NCBI GenBank assembly: GCA_030141605.1
Contig: JAQGDQ010000077.1
Location: 186,001-250,000 of the forward strand
Direction: 5' to 3'
DNA length: 64,000 nucleotides
From: Tubiluchus corallicola
Lineage: Eukaryota; Animalia; Priapulida
The notes beneath the pieces were generated by a model, which did not search any database, had not been told where the DNA came from, and was given only the letters and a program-made list of their open reading frames with translations. The position numbers and the translations under genes are program-made. This document shows positions 12,351 through 27,200 of this stretch, one piece after another (positions within the stretch are counted from its first letter, which is position 1; each line of letters begins with the position of its first letter).

Positions 12351-15300
12351 GGGAGAGCTTTTCAGCAATTGCAGTTTGCTCAACCAGCACTCTGCATTAG
12401 CAAGGTATCTATATTTTTGTTTTTGTATTGATTTACTCCTTACAAGTTCGCTTACCATCTAGGTCAATGATGTCAGTGATTCGTTTGACAGGCAGAAAAA
12501 AGGATGGTTATTAATGTTAGTTGCTAGGACGATATAGATTTATTGCGTTGTCACGTTGTTAATTATTGAAAGCTCCTAGTTTGAAGTGTTGTTATTGGCA
12601 GCGGAGTCGTGTTTCAGTCCAGGTAGGAACAACAGCATTTGATCCAATGCTTGTCATTAAGTAGTAACTAGTAAGTAGTAGTAAGTAGAACGATGTTGCA
12701 GTGCTGATACTGACATCAAAAATTCTAAAATAGCAAATTCTATTATAGAATAAAACCCAGCCTCTGAGCATTTTTACGTTTAAGATCTGTTGGTATGAAT
12801 GTTGAAGCTTGTTAAGGATTTAAAGTTACTCTTTAAAATTCCTGAAATCTAAGGCTGCTAGATGAACATAATTACGTTCTTTATAATTTCGCTTAACCAT
12901 TTTTTTCATTTAACAAATGAAAAATACAAACGCCTCATTGTATTTTGAGTTATTTGCCAATTGCACCGCTTTAACAACCCGAGTTAAACCCGAAGTAAAT
13001 AATTCAAAAAACCTTAATATTTGTACAATTTTTGGGAAAAGGCTTTACACAATATATACACAGCATAAATGCTAAAATAAAACACGTGATTATAAATACT
13101 GCTGTAGAATTTGCGCAAAGTTCACGAAAACGGATTAATCGCAGAATCGCACGACGCTAATGTCGTTTGAGCAATGACATGACATTTCACTTTCCGCCCT
13201 TGTTCCAATGTCTTCTTTTATTGACAGATGCTTAATGACTCCAGGTGATTTGTCTGCTAGGTGACTCTAAATACTCAGCCAACTAGTAACAATAACCAAT
13301 TGTATCCTTTTGACTTACATTACTGGGTAAAAATAATTTCCATTTAATTAAGGACTTAATTACGAAATACTTAAGAATACAATTAAGTGCAAATGAGCGA
13401 AAATCCGAACAAATCTCTCTTGGAAAATCACTGATACTCAGTGTATTTATTCAAAAAATATATTGTAACGCTGTGCAGTCTTTGTTCAGTTTGTTAGGCG
13501 AAGATCAGTGCTAAAGAAATGTATTAAAATGGCTTAAAACCATGGCAAAGGATAACAGTTGGAATATATTACTAATTAATTAATTATTATTAATTATTGA
13601 ATTTAAATAATTTGAGTGTTTTAATAAATATTTTATGCTATTATTTAGAGCAGGATAACATCCTTCCTTAAACTAGAAAACGCTTCAATTGGAACCGAAT
13701 CTAAAATTTCGTACACTGAAACAATTGAAAAAATTCTGTACCCGAATAGTTAAAAAACACGAAGCATACAAAAATGCAATTAATAAGTTGTTTACATTGA
13801 TGTTAGTTGATATGTATATTACACTTTTGTTACCGTTAACATTATCGAAACCGTCTTTATTGACTAAAATTGCAGCAGTGATTGCAAAAAGTGTCAACAA
13901 TTATGGTCTACAGCAGCTGCAGCAATCATGGTTGACAAAAACTGGCAGCAGTCAGTGTTGACAATAGTTGTGCCAGTCATTGTCGACAAAAGTGGCAAAA
14001 ATTATGGCTGACAAAAGTGGCAACAATATGATCCACAAAAGTGGCAGCAATCATGGTCGGCAAGAGTGACAGCAATCATGGTTGACAAAAGTGGCAGCAA
14101 TCATGGTCGGCAAGAGTGACAGCAATCATGGTTGACAAAAGTGGCAGTAATCATGATCGACAAAAGTGGCAGCAATCATTGTCGACAAAGGTGGCAGTAA
14201 TCATGATCGACAAGAGAGGGAGCAATCATTGTCAATAAAAGTGGCAGTAATCATGATCAACAAAAGTGGCAGCAATCATTGTCCATAAAAGTGGCAGTAA
14301 TCATGATCAACAAAAGTGGCAGCAATCATTGTCCATAAAAGTGGCAGTAATCATGGTCGTCAAAAGTGGCAGCAACCATTGTCGACAAAAGTGGCAGTAA
14401 TCATTGTCCATAAAAGTGGCAGTAATCATTGTCCATAAAAGTGGTAGTAATCATGGTCGACAAAAGTGGCGGCAAACATGATCGCCAAAGTGGCAGCTAT
14501 CCTGGTCGGTGAAAGCTGTTGTAGTCAATGTAGACAAAAGTGGCAGCAATAATGTAAACAAACGTGGCAGCAATCATGTACACAAAAGTGGGGGCAGTTA
14601 TTGTCGACAAAAGTGACAGCAATCATGGTTTACAAAAGTGGCAGCAATCACTGTTCAGAAAAATGGTAACAGTAGAATGAAGAGCTTGATCATCCCAGTG
14701 GTTCTGAACGAAGACAAACGAATGAAATACCAAATTCTCATGTACCAAGATGTTAAAACAGATATTTTAAAAAGAAAGGAATAGCTATATGGTCACTGTG
14801 TATACTAATTCTAATGATCAAGTTAGCAACTGAAGTTAAGCGACGCCAGTGGTGGTTAGTGAATTTTGGTTCATTATTTACTCTTGCTAGTTTCACTTGC
14901 CATAGCGTTTGTAATTGCTTAACTTGTTAAGGGAAGGTGTATGCGGAATATGGTTGAGGCACTTCTGGGTTCAGCATCTAATCTGACTTTGATTATGAGC
15001 TAGCTTCTGGTCCCACCACAGCCTTATAAAGGCCCTGCCATTGTGCGCTAGAATCCAACATGTAGGGTAACTCATTGAACTGTATTAAAAACTGATTCGA
15101 TTATTCATGAATTACAGTTGACGAAGACGTCCATAGGACTACTAGTTGAAGGGTGGCTTAACCTTCGTGTTTCTGCTAGTCACTGTATTGATCATTGAGT
15201 AGCAATCGCCGTGCAATTTACTCAGATCATTGAGAAACTAACTATTAATGCCTGTAAGTCTGCGAGTTTCGTAATTGCTTCTGGCAGTACTCGTGATAAA

Positions 15301-17454
15301 AATCCGAGAGTTCTTGCAGTACTTAGTAGCACCAATTAGTTTATCCTCTATTACCCAGAGCTGATAGCAATTAGCAGTGAAGCCGGCAGCTACCTAGCGA
15401 ATATAAAAAGCAAGCCTACTTGCAGGACAGTCTGCATCTTTTGGGTCTAGTTTAATTTATCATTAGCTTTGCTGCCATAGCAAGTGTGACAGATTGGATA
15501 ATTTTGAAAATGAAGAAGAGTTCATCGTCTTGCGAGGTCTAACTGCTGTAAAAAAGCTGCCGCTGATGTAATGATGTGGTGTTGGAGGTTTGGGCTTTCG
15601 CTTCTACTGCTGGTTGTAAAATGGAAACGTTTTGACATGAAGGGGCAGCTGGTTCCAAAGATGTGGGGCAGCATAAGCAAGTGACCGACAAGTGGCAGGA
15701 CTAACCCTTGGCACATTCAAATTTTATAGATTGCTCGATCTCAATTGCCTACTAGGTGCATACCATGAAAGTAACTAAAATTAAACAGAATACTGAAGAA
15801 CACAAAATAATGCCAAGCTTTTTTGTTTTAATAGTACGCATCTTAAGTTCGTAAAGCTTCTTTTCTTTTCAAGCAAACTTAAAACGAATTGACCCGCATA
15901 TTTTTCGAATGTTGTCTCGCACTGCTGTTCAGTAGCAGACGCTCGACTAATTTGATTGTAACTCACAATTAAGCCCCAAGGACCAATGTTTTTGATGTGG
16001 CGCTCACATTCGCTATGAATCCCCTTAGTTACAGTGAGAGAAACCGCGGTTCTTTGTGGCTTGACGAAACAGAAATGGTTTATTGCATTACATAGAAAAT
16101 GAAAGTTGGCAAAAATGAGTGTCCTGGGAGCAAGGATGTTTACTCATTCTGAGTATCAAAAAACCTAACTTGACCAGTTACACATCGACATAACCACAAA
16201 CCATAATCCAGGATTTAACAGCAGGGCCCACTGTTATTGTTGGTAGCCATTGGAACATCTCACATTATCGGGATTAGTCCTCTGACATGATGTACTGACA
16301 TGCTGAAGTATCTTACCAGCATTTTGTTGTGTGTACACGATAAATCAGCCACTGTTTTGAAGCAGTCGTTTTGTCCATAGCCTTGAAGCAGTCGTTTTGT
16401 CTATAGCCCATTTATTTACTAGCCAAACTCATTGATGGTTAGCTATCATAGTCAAGCACACCTTGCGGCCACTCAGCTGTCCCTCTGCCCTCCACTGCGT
16501 GAGAATGAATACCTAATAAAATGAGCAATTTATAAACGAACTTGCCTAGTCGACTATTGCAGCGCTTGATTAGGTTTTTAATATGAATTAGTTATCAACA
16601 AATAAATTTTTCATTGCAGGTTCAGCGGCTGCGTGTCAGTATGAAATCATTGGTTCACATCACAGGGACTTGCCATTTAGAATACGAGTCTCAGATGAGA
16701 CCACTGGCACAGCCCTTGTCTCGGTTACTCGACCTCTAGACTGTGAAAAACGCCAAAGATATAAGATTGAATTCGTAGCCGTAGGATGTGATGGACAAAC
16801 TTCGCCAAGGTAAATATTGGTCTAATTATAGTGCGGCTGCTGTCTGTCCGTTTAGTCTTTCTTATGGGAAAGAGTGAACTCTTGCCTGAGTCGCTAGTCA
16901 TTCAAACGCTTTAAAAACGAGCAGTTAAACTTTCATGATCTTATCAACTAAAATACTGTCTATTACAAATTAAGATTAATGAATAATGTTGCATATTAAG
17001 GGCTGTTATTATTTTAATGTAGTTATTATCTACCATAACTAAGTAAGTATTTTAATATTAGATGACACACATGTTTGCGTTTTCTGTGCTATATATTAAG
17101 AATTGCCTGTTACGGCTACAATACTGTTATGGCGACAATACCTGTTAAGGCGACAATACTGTTATGGTGGCGTTACTCCGATGCGCTTTCACGAATAAAT
17201 TCTTTGCGCTAATTTTGTCGTGTCTTTAGGACAGCCTGGTGTCAAGCGTTAGCTCAGCGCTAAAATTTGAAATTTGAAATTGAAATTGTGAACTTAAAAA
17301 TTGCATTTCTGTATTTCGCTTACCAGTGCAACACAGCAGCTCTGTATTGCTGTCTTCACCTTCGTAAACCTATGCGGGGGAACCTAAGAAAAATTCCTGT
17401 TGTTGGAAAGGTCGTCGTTAACTGCACTTTTAAACAGTTAACTGAGATCTACGC

Positions 17455-17494
<40 letters not shown>

Positions 17495-20400
17495 TTTAAA
17501 ATATGATTTTTTGGCAGTTATTGTGGAAAATGAGATAGTTTAGACCGTAGGTCAGATTGAGCTATTACCTGAAAATCGTCCTACGCTAAGTATTTTACTG
17601 CGCAAATTGGTTAATTACTCATTTGCAAACAATTTAGCCTTATGATTGGGTAAACTCCCTGGGAATTCTACTGTCATTCACAAATATGTAATTTCATTGG
17701 TGCCACGCAAATCTCAGTCGTATATAAAAACTTTCCACTAGGCTATAAGTATAAGCAAAAGGAACATTGTTTTCTTAAATGCTCATATTTTGAAAGAACT
17801 GAGTGTTATGCTTGACGATGAAATAAAATTCGAAAGGTGCTTCTTATTGTAGAAATCTAAGAACGGAGAGCTGCTCACTTTTAAAAGTTCGACTGTTTAT
17901 CGTTTTTAAGCTGAAAATTTAAGACCGAAGAAATACTTATCCTTTATAAAATTATAAGATATGATCCGAGAGATGTCTTCTTTGTTTAGAAGGTCCGAAT
18001 ATCACTATAACTGAGATCTAAAGCGCTTATAGGTAGGAGAAAGTGATAATAAAAATAATAATTATTATTATTAATTCTTTATTTAACCTGGACAACACTT
18101 TAACCAACAATTGCAAAGATAGATATGTAGATAATTATAAAAATGATTAAAAAATATAGATAGCCAAGATGCGAGAAGTGTGCGTTTAGACAGTTAAGAA
18201 CTAATGTTTGCATTGGGTAAAAAACTGTCATATCGGTTTCAGGCGAATGATAAAAGATAGTAAAGAAAATAGTTTTATCGTTTCTGGCGAGGTTTATAAA
18301 GCATTAATGATACTGTTTATTGTGAGAATTCTGTGGAAACATGGCATTGATCGCCTTTATCGTGTGTTGATGCCGAGTTTTATGAGCGTGTAGCTGTCAG
18401 AGTAAACCACACAAAACCATAACTCGTTCCATTATCTACTTTTTTTGCAGAAAAAGTCTTCAAGGCTATGCAGGAAGTAGTGCATAAGAGAGTGGCTTGT
18501 TGGTGTTTTCATGTGGCTTTATGATTAGTTTATTAGTGTTAATATTTGCTGCCCTTTTAAGAGTAAGAATTCCCTGTGCTTTTTCGACGCATCGATTCAC
18601 TCCTAGACATTTTTCAGCAGTGTGAAGGTTAAAAAGCTGTGTTTGCAGCTTGTTCTCTCCCGTGATTTAGTAACTGTGTATAAGTTGTAAATAAACAGGC
18701 GTAGTTTGGTTTGAAATTAGTTGAGGACGTGCACCATGCAGGAATAATATCTATCGTGTGGTCTTGGCTTCTCACTTAATCATATTTAGGCCTTAGGATG
18801 CAAAATAGTATTTCATAGTATTCTAAGTTAGGTTATTCAGGATATTTAGTCTGTGGAATAAATTGAAACCTAGCGTTCCTAGGATTGATTCAGACATTTT
18901 TCATAGTTTTGCTTTCTCTTAAAAATACTTAATAAACATATTGCTTCTGAAGCAACAGCAGCAGAGAAACAGCAGCAGCAGTAGCAACAGCAACAACAGC
19001 AGTGCAACAACGATAATAACAGCAGTTGCACCAATAACAACAATGATAAAGCAGCAATGATTGCTACTGCAGCAAGTGTAACAACAGGGGCAGCCATAGT
19101 GACTTTACTCATTTTCCGTATTGACAACTTAACGTTTTATCATATATAAATGCAATAATTTACGATCTTTTTAAATGTGAAATTAATTCTTACAGGTTAC
19201 AACTAATTTCTGTTTTGTTCTTGCACTGCAGTTTTTTGGCCTATAGTTGCTACAGACGAGAACTTCTCTTCTAAAAGTCCAAATCGCATTTCTTTAAGAC
19301 GTGGAATAAGTGTAAGAGTTATATATTCATCGGCGAGATTCCAGCCGGGTTCAAAAACGAAATGGTTAAAAGAAAGCCATAAAAATGTATACGTCTAACC
19401 TACGTTTTTACAAAGCAGCAAGTTAAAGAAAAAGTCAAGACTCAAACGAGCTTTAGTGCATTTTAATATAAAATTAAAAATATTGAAATATTATCATTGT
19501 TGCTCTTCTCTGCTCAATTTGGTCAGTTTTTGTGTGGATGACAGTTTTGCGCAATTTCTTCATAGGTTTCTCGAGTATGTTGATTTTTTTGGTACGGTTT
19601 TGCTGCTTTCTTAATTATTGTTTGGTTTCGTTAGACTAGACTGTATTTTGATTTTTTGGCTTAACGAAGTAATTTTACATAGCGGTTTTCGTATTTGGTT
19701 ACCCCTCTGTTGCGAAGTAATTGCCCACTTGAAGTCTGTATTGAAGTTATTCATTTTAATTCGTTTACTTTTGGCTGCTGTTTAATGGTGAAATGGCTTG
19801 GCAAAGAAGCTCGATGTTCAATGATTTCGATGCAAAAGTGAATCGCGTTTGAAAATTCGTCAAACTTTCAAATCCTTTCAGATGATTGATTTTGATTTGG
19901 AAGCAATTAAATATTTTCCAAATGTTCAATCCATTGCATGTTGTTATAAAATATAACAATTACAATAATTTATTTGCATTAAGATAAATTAATGTAAAAA
20001 ATTCTTGCGAACACTAATATTCAAAACCCAAACAGTAGAAAAACTTCTAACTCATGATATTGTCCAACCTGATTTTTTAATTTTTCGACAAAAAAAATTG
20101 GTTTAAGGATTTGTGATTGTATTTCCGGATCATACTGGTCAAAGATTGAATTTGCAGAAATTGCTTGATGCTGCCCGATTCAGGCTTATTCTTAGCTACT
20201 TTTAGCTGATTAAAAGGATAGCAGTAAGCAAACATAACTGATAAATAATAAACTGTTCAATGCTTCGAGATTTCCAGCGATTTTCTGAATTAAAGAAACT
20301 CAGCCATGCGAACCATTCTTTTTTTTACCTGAAAGCAACCTTGAGGTTTTTGTTGTAATTCATGTAGGTCAACGCATAATAAGAAATTAAACGGGCACTA

Positions 20401-21047
20401 CTCATAAATTTTGACTGTCTTTGAAAAAAATTAACTCACCAGAACCAATCATCGGCTCATCTGCTCAGCGTAACTGAGGAAGGTTGTACGCTTGCCTGCT
20501 TGTCAATCTGCCTCTCTGCCTGTCAGCCTGTTTATCTGATTGGTTGATAACACTCTACGCTTACCCTCACTACATACTTCGTACCTATCTCCCTAATTTC
20601 CATTTGCAATAAATTGGAATCCCATCATAACCCCCGTTTCTTTTTCGATATTTTGTGATATTATTGATTTCCAGAAACATTTAAGCTACCAATTTTTGTT
20701 TACCTACACAGACCTGATGACGCTTTCTCCTCTCGCGACTTCCACAATTTGCTTTTTCACGTGGCGCATTTTCCTCGCCTGTTGCTTGACTTCCTGCCCC
20801 CTCATTTCGAACGTCAACGATTGGGTTGTCGTTCATAGCGAAAACGAAAACCTTCAAAATAACGATACCTCAGCCATTGTGTTCAATGAACAATACACAC
20901 CACGCTCTTTTATTTACCTCGGTTATTGATACGAGGTTAAAAGACTTAATATATTTGAAGCTAGATAGAATTAACCTCCCAAAATAGGCCTAAAATAGTA
21001 GTTGGCCGTAATTACTTGTTCAGTATGTTTTAATCGTTCGTGAAAGT

Positions 21048-21101
<54 letters not shown>

Positions 21102-21153
21102 TCACGCACGCACGCACACACACGCGCACACACGCGTGCGCACACACACACGC

Positions 21154-21204
<51 letters not shown>

Positions 21205-24200
21205 CACATGTATATATTACATAGGTTATGAACATGAGACGAACAGAATTTCAGAGGGCATTCAGAAATTGGCACCAGTTAAATAGTTTTAATTTCGAAC
21301 TATAAAACTTTCACGATCGAACTTCAGAGTTACGAATTCAAGTTGCTTTATATGCTCTTTCGAAACTTGTAGCCGCCAGTTACTGTTAAGAACAAATGAA
21401 AGACATTTTACTTAATAACACAAAATACACCTTACACTCTTCACATGCTGATAACACTATCAGCTTCCAGCTCATGCTGGTGAATGATGACGTCATTGAT
21501 ACTTACGTGGGTTATACATGCGAAACGTGAAAATTTTTCTTACGTCAGTTATGCTTCTTCTGCAGATATGACAATGATATACCATTGCTCTTTTAGCAAT
21601 TATTTACATTTAGATGCATAACATTGAGCTGTATTTAATGCTATCACCATCAAGAGTTTAACTTGCTTAATAGCAAAATGTCAAGTTTGTCGCGATTAAT
21701 ATTCAAATCACTGCCCTGTTTTAAATTTCTAATGTGCTGGCCTCGGTGAAAACAACGGTTAAACAAACTTCAAAACATCCATGAAAGTTGCTAGAACAAA
21801 ATACGTTCATCCGAATGAAATTTGTTTGTAAACCTCATAACTTCAGCACGCTTTATTTAGAGCCAAAAACTTTGACGAGCGACGCGAATTGGCAGTGTTG
21901 ACTAAATAGTGTTTCACACTTCAGCGTTTTAATCACTTAGCTTTGTCGCAAATGTATGGAACTTAAGCAAGTTGCGTGATGCAAGTTCTTGTACTGCAGC
22001 ACGATGCAAGACTGATGTTGATTCTCTTAAATTTTATTAATTTTGTAATGTACGGCTTCCTAAGAACGTCATTCAGTGTACTTGTTAGTTTGCAGCTTTT
22101 CACACTTTAGCTTCCTTGCTGCTTTCTATCGGTTCAGAATTGTGCCAATGTGAACAAGCCCTAATAACGTTTTCCTTTCTTCAAGTCATCATTGGATCAA
22201 ACTTGACAATTACAAGAGACGCGTGTAAATCGATCCTTCTTTTTTCTGGCAATATTTGTCGTAAAATCAAATTGAGTGATTTTCGTCATAAAAAATCTCA
22301 GTTTGCTGAAAGAGATGATGTTACCACGGTAACGAGCTAATGATGTACTCAGATGTTTAATTATAGCGTTTTATGAAAACAGGACGAACAGACGGTTAGT
22401 TTTCATCTGTGTGAACAAGAAACGCGTGTGGATCACCTCATTCAGTGGTGGTTTCTCAAGTTTTGTGGCATGTCTACTTTGCAGCTTTGTTGGTTAATGA
22501 ATTGTCACCTATACAAAGCTACAGTTAAAAATTTTTTATGCAGGACGGAGTATTTTGCCTCTCAGCTTTTTGCCTGATGCAGTTTTATTCTTTAAGTATG
22601 TGAACTGCTTGCAACATTATAATTTTTTGTAGAGCGAAACGCTCCTACATAGCATATGTCTCAAGGTCCTTCCGTTCTGTAACGTTCCCTAAGGTATGCT
22701 ACTACGTGACTTCCTAGAGCAAATTAATTACCTGTGCACCTTACAGTACGCTGATTGGAAAGCTTCTTGTCAACATGACAATTTCTTACCAAATCCTTTC
22801 GTTCCCCCTAAAGGTGAACGTCTCTTCGTAATCTCCGGAGCTCTTCTTTGAATCGTCTCAATTTCTAAAGAGAAGCCAGCGAAGTTACAGAGTAATTTCA
22901 AAACTGAGATAATGAACGTGGCGACTGCTTACATAAGGCTAGGGGCATCTGATGTAGGTAATTTGTAGAGGAAATTACGGCATATAAGTTTACCATGCAT
23001 CGTGCTGGCGAGAAATTTTCTGCGTAATTTTTCATCGCCTCGGTGATTTAATCGGAATAAGAACGAGTTGGCTTTACGCTCTGTACGAGCGATGTCGACA
23101 AATTTATCGTGGTACGTTGAGGAACTTTGTTGATTGTTTATTTTTCTTTTTCTTTTCTTTGCTTGCCTAATAGGGGATTTGTTTGTTTGTTTCGTGTTTT
23201 TTTTTGTTTGTTTGGCTTGTTTAGTTGTTAATTGTTCGGTATATGTATAGGCGACCTGCACTGTATTTACACAAATAGATGTCGAAATGCACTAAAAAAC
23301 TTAGAATTCTATAGAACTTTTACTTCATCGGTTTCTAATAAAAAGCATCACAAATCAAAATCAAAATACTCTTGTTTTATACTTAAGTAGTATAAGTTAA
23401 GAAAGTCAGATCGTAACTCATTGCTTTAGTACATTTTCACTTTACTATAAACTAACTGGTGAATATATCTGGCACACGAAGCCATATTTTATACAAATAT
23501 CCCTCCACAGTGTACTTTGAACGCCTCAGAAAGGCAGAAATTTTACAACAGAAAGGTGAACAAGGTTCGTTGTAGTAAACATGTTGCCCAGGCGTCCAGC
23601 GTTCCTGTGCTGACATCACAGCTCAAGGGTCACACGCGGAGCCGCGCGACCAAAAAACATCGTAGCGCACTGGGAAAACCAATTAGCGCACTATAATGTT
23701 GCCCAATAACTCACGTAATTATTATTTTACAGAATCGATCGTAATATTGTTCAAAACGTTTCAGTATGCTACACTATTCCCACAGCTCTACTCCACTGGT
23801 ACCGAGTAACATTAATTCACATCTAGTTATTATTTTATGTTATTATCTGTTAGAATTTTAATAATAAAGTTATAAGTGTGTGTATGAGTTCATTATTGTA
23901 GTGTTTTGTAGTCTTTTTCTTCAACGTACAGAAACGTCGAACTCATAGATAAAGTGTGATCATATATTGAAGTACAAAAACATCCATAATATTAACACTA
24001 AAGCGTAAACAACTAAAGCGAGAGCAAATACACATAGTTAAAGCACAAGTCATAAACTCACTTCTCAACTCCCTGTAACTGCGTTCTGAAACTGCTCATA
24101 TACGCTTTTCTGTGCTATTACTAGAAAGACTATTTCTTACATCTAACATCAGTTCTATTTTTAGTACCGTCTTCTGCTGACATGCTTCATCTGCTGCCTT

Positions 24201-27200
24201 GGTAGTCAGTGGTCAGCAACTATTCTTAGAACATTAAATTGACAACAGTTAGCTTAACACTGATTAGCTGCTTGCTTGACAGTGACCGTTATCTGTCAAT
24301 CACTATGATGTCATGCGTCCAATGGTCAGCACTGACTAACCGTTGGTCAACAGCATTGCGAGATGCTTATATAAGCTGGTGCAATGTAATCTGATCCAGT
24401 AGCGTGCCAGTGCTTATGGCATTGCGGATGTGTTTGCATGTTTGTGGTTCTATTTAACATCACGCTTCAGTGTTTACTAATGTTATATTGCATTTTGGAC
24501 GGTCTTATATTTCTAACTTGTAAGTAATTAGTTAAGCAATATTAATTTTATGAAAAATTAATGAATATAAAATATTTGCACGTAATTCTATTACTTTTTG
24601 TTATTACATTATGCGTTTTTGGTGTTACAATATGCGTTAAACTTCGGGTTATTACATTATGCATTTTGCGGTCTTAGTTATGTGTTAGTTTTTGTACATT
24701 ACATTAGCGGGTAATTTTATTACATTGTCAGTTAGTTATTACATTATTATGTATTGATTTTTATTACGTTATGCATTAATTTTTTTCTGTATAATATTAT
24801 CGGCGTTTATTACATTATCAGTTGTAACACTGGCATGGTAAAATTCTTATATATAGGTTTGCAACTCATGCCCGCACAATTTACGCAGAGGGTAAATTTT
24901 CCATGTTATCTATATTAACATGTAGTTTGTTGAAATTTTGTGTCGTACTTTAGTCCCTCTTAAATGTAATTTATTAATTACTAACAAACAACATTGGAGT
25001 GAAATTGTTATTTTACATTTGGAATATATGTAGAAATTTGTGGATATATACCAAAAATGTGAAATACTGGTTAAGATTATTATAATGTGATAGAAATTTG
25101 GGCAAAAGGTTCACATATAATGTTCAAGTGAATACATATCAGTGAAATTAATTTTAATATAAACCCCATACAATCGAAATTAATGCATAGATGAAAGTCA
25201 TTTAGCAAAAAAAACATTAACGATGATAGAAATCTTTCATGGCGTCCGTGTGTCCAACTTGATTTGTGTTTCGCATATTTGTATACAATGGACTCCCAGA
25301 TTTGTGACCTCTAAACTGTTGCCACTTCGTTGCTTACATGTTTTATTATCATCCGCCGTACGTTAATAAAACTGTTTGATGTTTTAATAAATGAAACATT
25401 ATTAATAAAAATGAAATTGGGCTAGTTTTGCTGCATTTTGTCCGCTGTTAATAAGTAAGGATACAGCCGAATATATTCACTTTTTCAGAGCTAAACTGAT
25501 CATCCTAGTGGAAGACGTCAATGAATTTGCTCCACGTTTCTTTCAACCCATATACAGGATCTCCGTCGATGAGGGACGCATGTATGAAAGTATCCTGACT
25601 GTCAGCGCCACTGACAGTGATTGTTCACACGACTATGGTGCCATTTGCAGCTATGACATCATCACCCCTGATATGCCGTTTATTGTTGATTCGTCTGGTA
25701 AGCCTACAATTCATTGGAATAGTTTTGACATTTCTTTTGAGTTTCTGGGCATGTGGGCATCTATTTTTTGCCTAATTTGTGTAGCCAGGTGTAGATTGTA
25801 ATGTAGGCTGTAGGCTTGCTCGACATAGTTTTTATATGGAGTTTAGCATACTGTTCTGTTCTGGCATTTAACGCTCGGCCTGCTATCGATGATGGCTGTG
25901 GCAGGATCGGAGCCAACTAATTATCAAAGAATATGCTGCTGAAATGACAAATAAGCTATTTTTACCAAGCACCTAGCGTTACTTAACTTTGTAGTCAAGC
26001 GCACAACCGTGATCACTGATCACTCGTCTATTGCTCAAGACATTCATGTCGTGTATTTCAGAAGCAAAAAAAACAAAAACAGATTGTACGAAGGGGAGTG
26101 AGCTACAAGCGAAAAGTAGCTTGCTTTTACTGTTTAGTGATTGATTTATGGTACATGAAGGCAATAGTGAGATACAAAAAACACTTAGTTTTTTCTTGGT
26201 TCAGCATTAAAAATTAATGACGGATTGTTTATTTTGTTGGTTCTCTAATTGGCTATACAGATGTTAACAATATTTTGCACCATTGCGCAGTAGTAACGTG
26301 TTAGCGAGCAGTAGCGTTCTAGTAGGCTTTTAATGTATATTTAATCAGTTTAAAAACAGTATTTAATAGGTCTAAAATTATTAATACGTTAATGAGCAAC
26401 ACTACGTTATATCAACCATTTACTGAAAAGTAACGCCCATTAATGAATGTAGCAATTGTAGTATAGGTGTCTCTAAAGTGGCACATACTATTTTCACAAA
26501 ACTTTGACCCAGGTGCGACTAGTACATTCGTTTTGCTAAGCCGTCTCCGTGACTTGCGAAACGTGTTACTTATACTATAGGCCTTATAGTAGTAGAATCT
26601 CCTGTACCCTTCTCCTCATAAACAAATAGGCTTAGTGAATCTAGAGAAATTAAAGCTTTACAGAGGCTCAGTTTTATTTGGTCAGTTTGTTAGCTTACTT
26701 TTATCGAATAGTGAATTTTGTGTTTTCACACGCGAAACGTGAAAGTTAGTTAAATGCAAAAACAGTTGTCATTTGCTGAACATTTTACTTTATACGTGGA
26801 TGTGCCTGCTGCGCCCTCTTCTTTTTGCTAGCGTTCACTTGCCATGAGGTTAATGTACTGGTTAAACACTTGGTTTAACAATCATGAATTGCTAGAGAAT
26901 CAGTGTGTTATAGAGGCTTAATCAGTCCTCAGCTGCCCACATAAATCATCATCTCATCTTCCTGATCTTCATTAGACTGGCGTGCTTAATTATCCGGTAT
27001 AGCCATTGATGTTGATTGATTATCTATCAGAGCTGGTGGCCAATTTGTCTTGTGAGGCCTACTTATTGCAAAAATTACTTGCAAGAAAAGTTGCAACGCT
27101 AAAGTTAGGCTATACATGTATTACGTGTGGCGCGCATCTTTAGATTTGTAATTTACATGCAACAGCCAGGGCAGGATTAAGACCTCAAGCGGCCCTGAAC

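Noticed and set aside
11940-12458. ORFs rich in CVCV/THTH (also 20971-21235 and 29085-29489)
   Set aside because: Translations of dinucleotide microsatellites; only the embedded exon parts are coding
13860-14670. CRISPR-like array
   Set aside because: Units are contiguous with no unique spacers, there are no cas genes, and it lies in a eukaryotic intron
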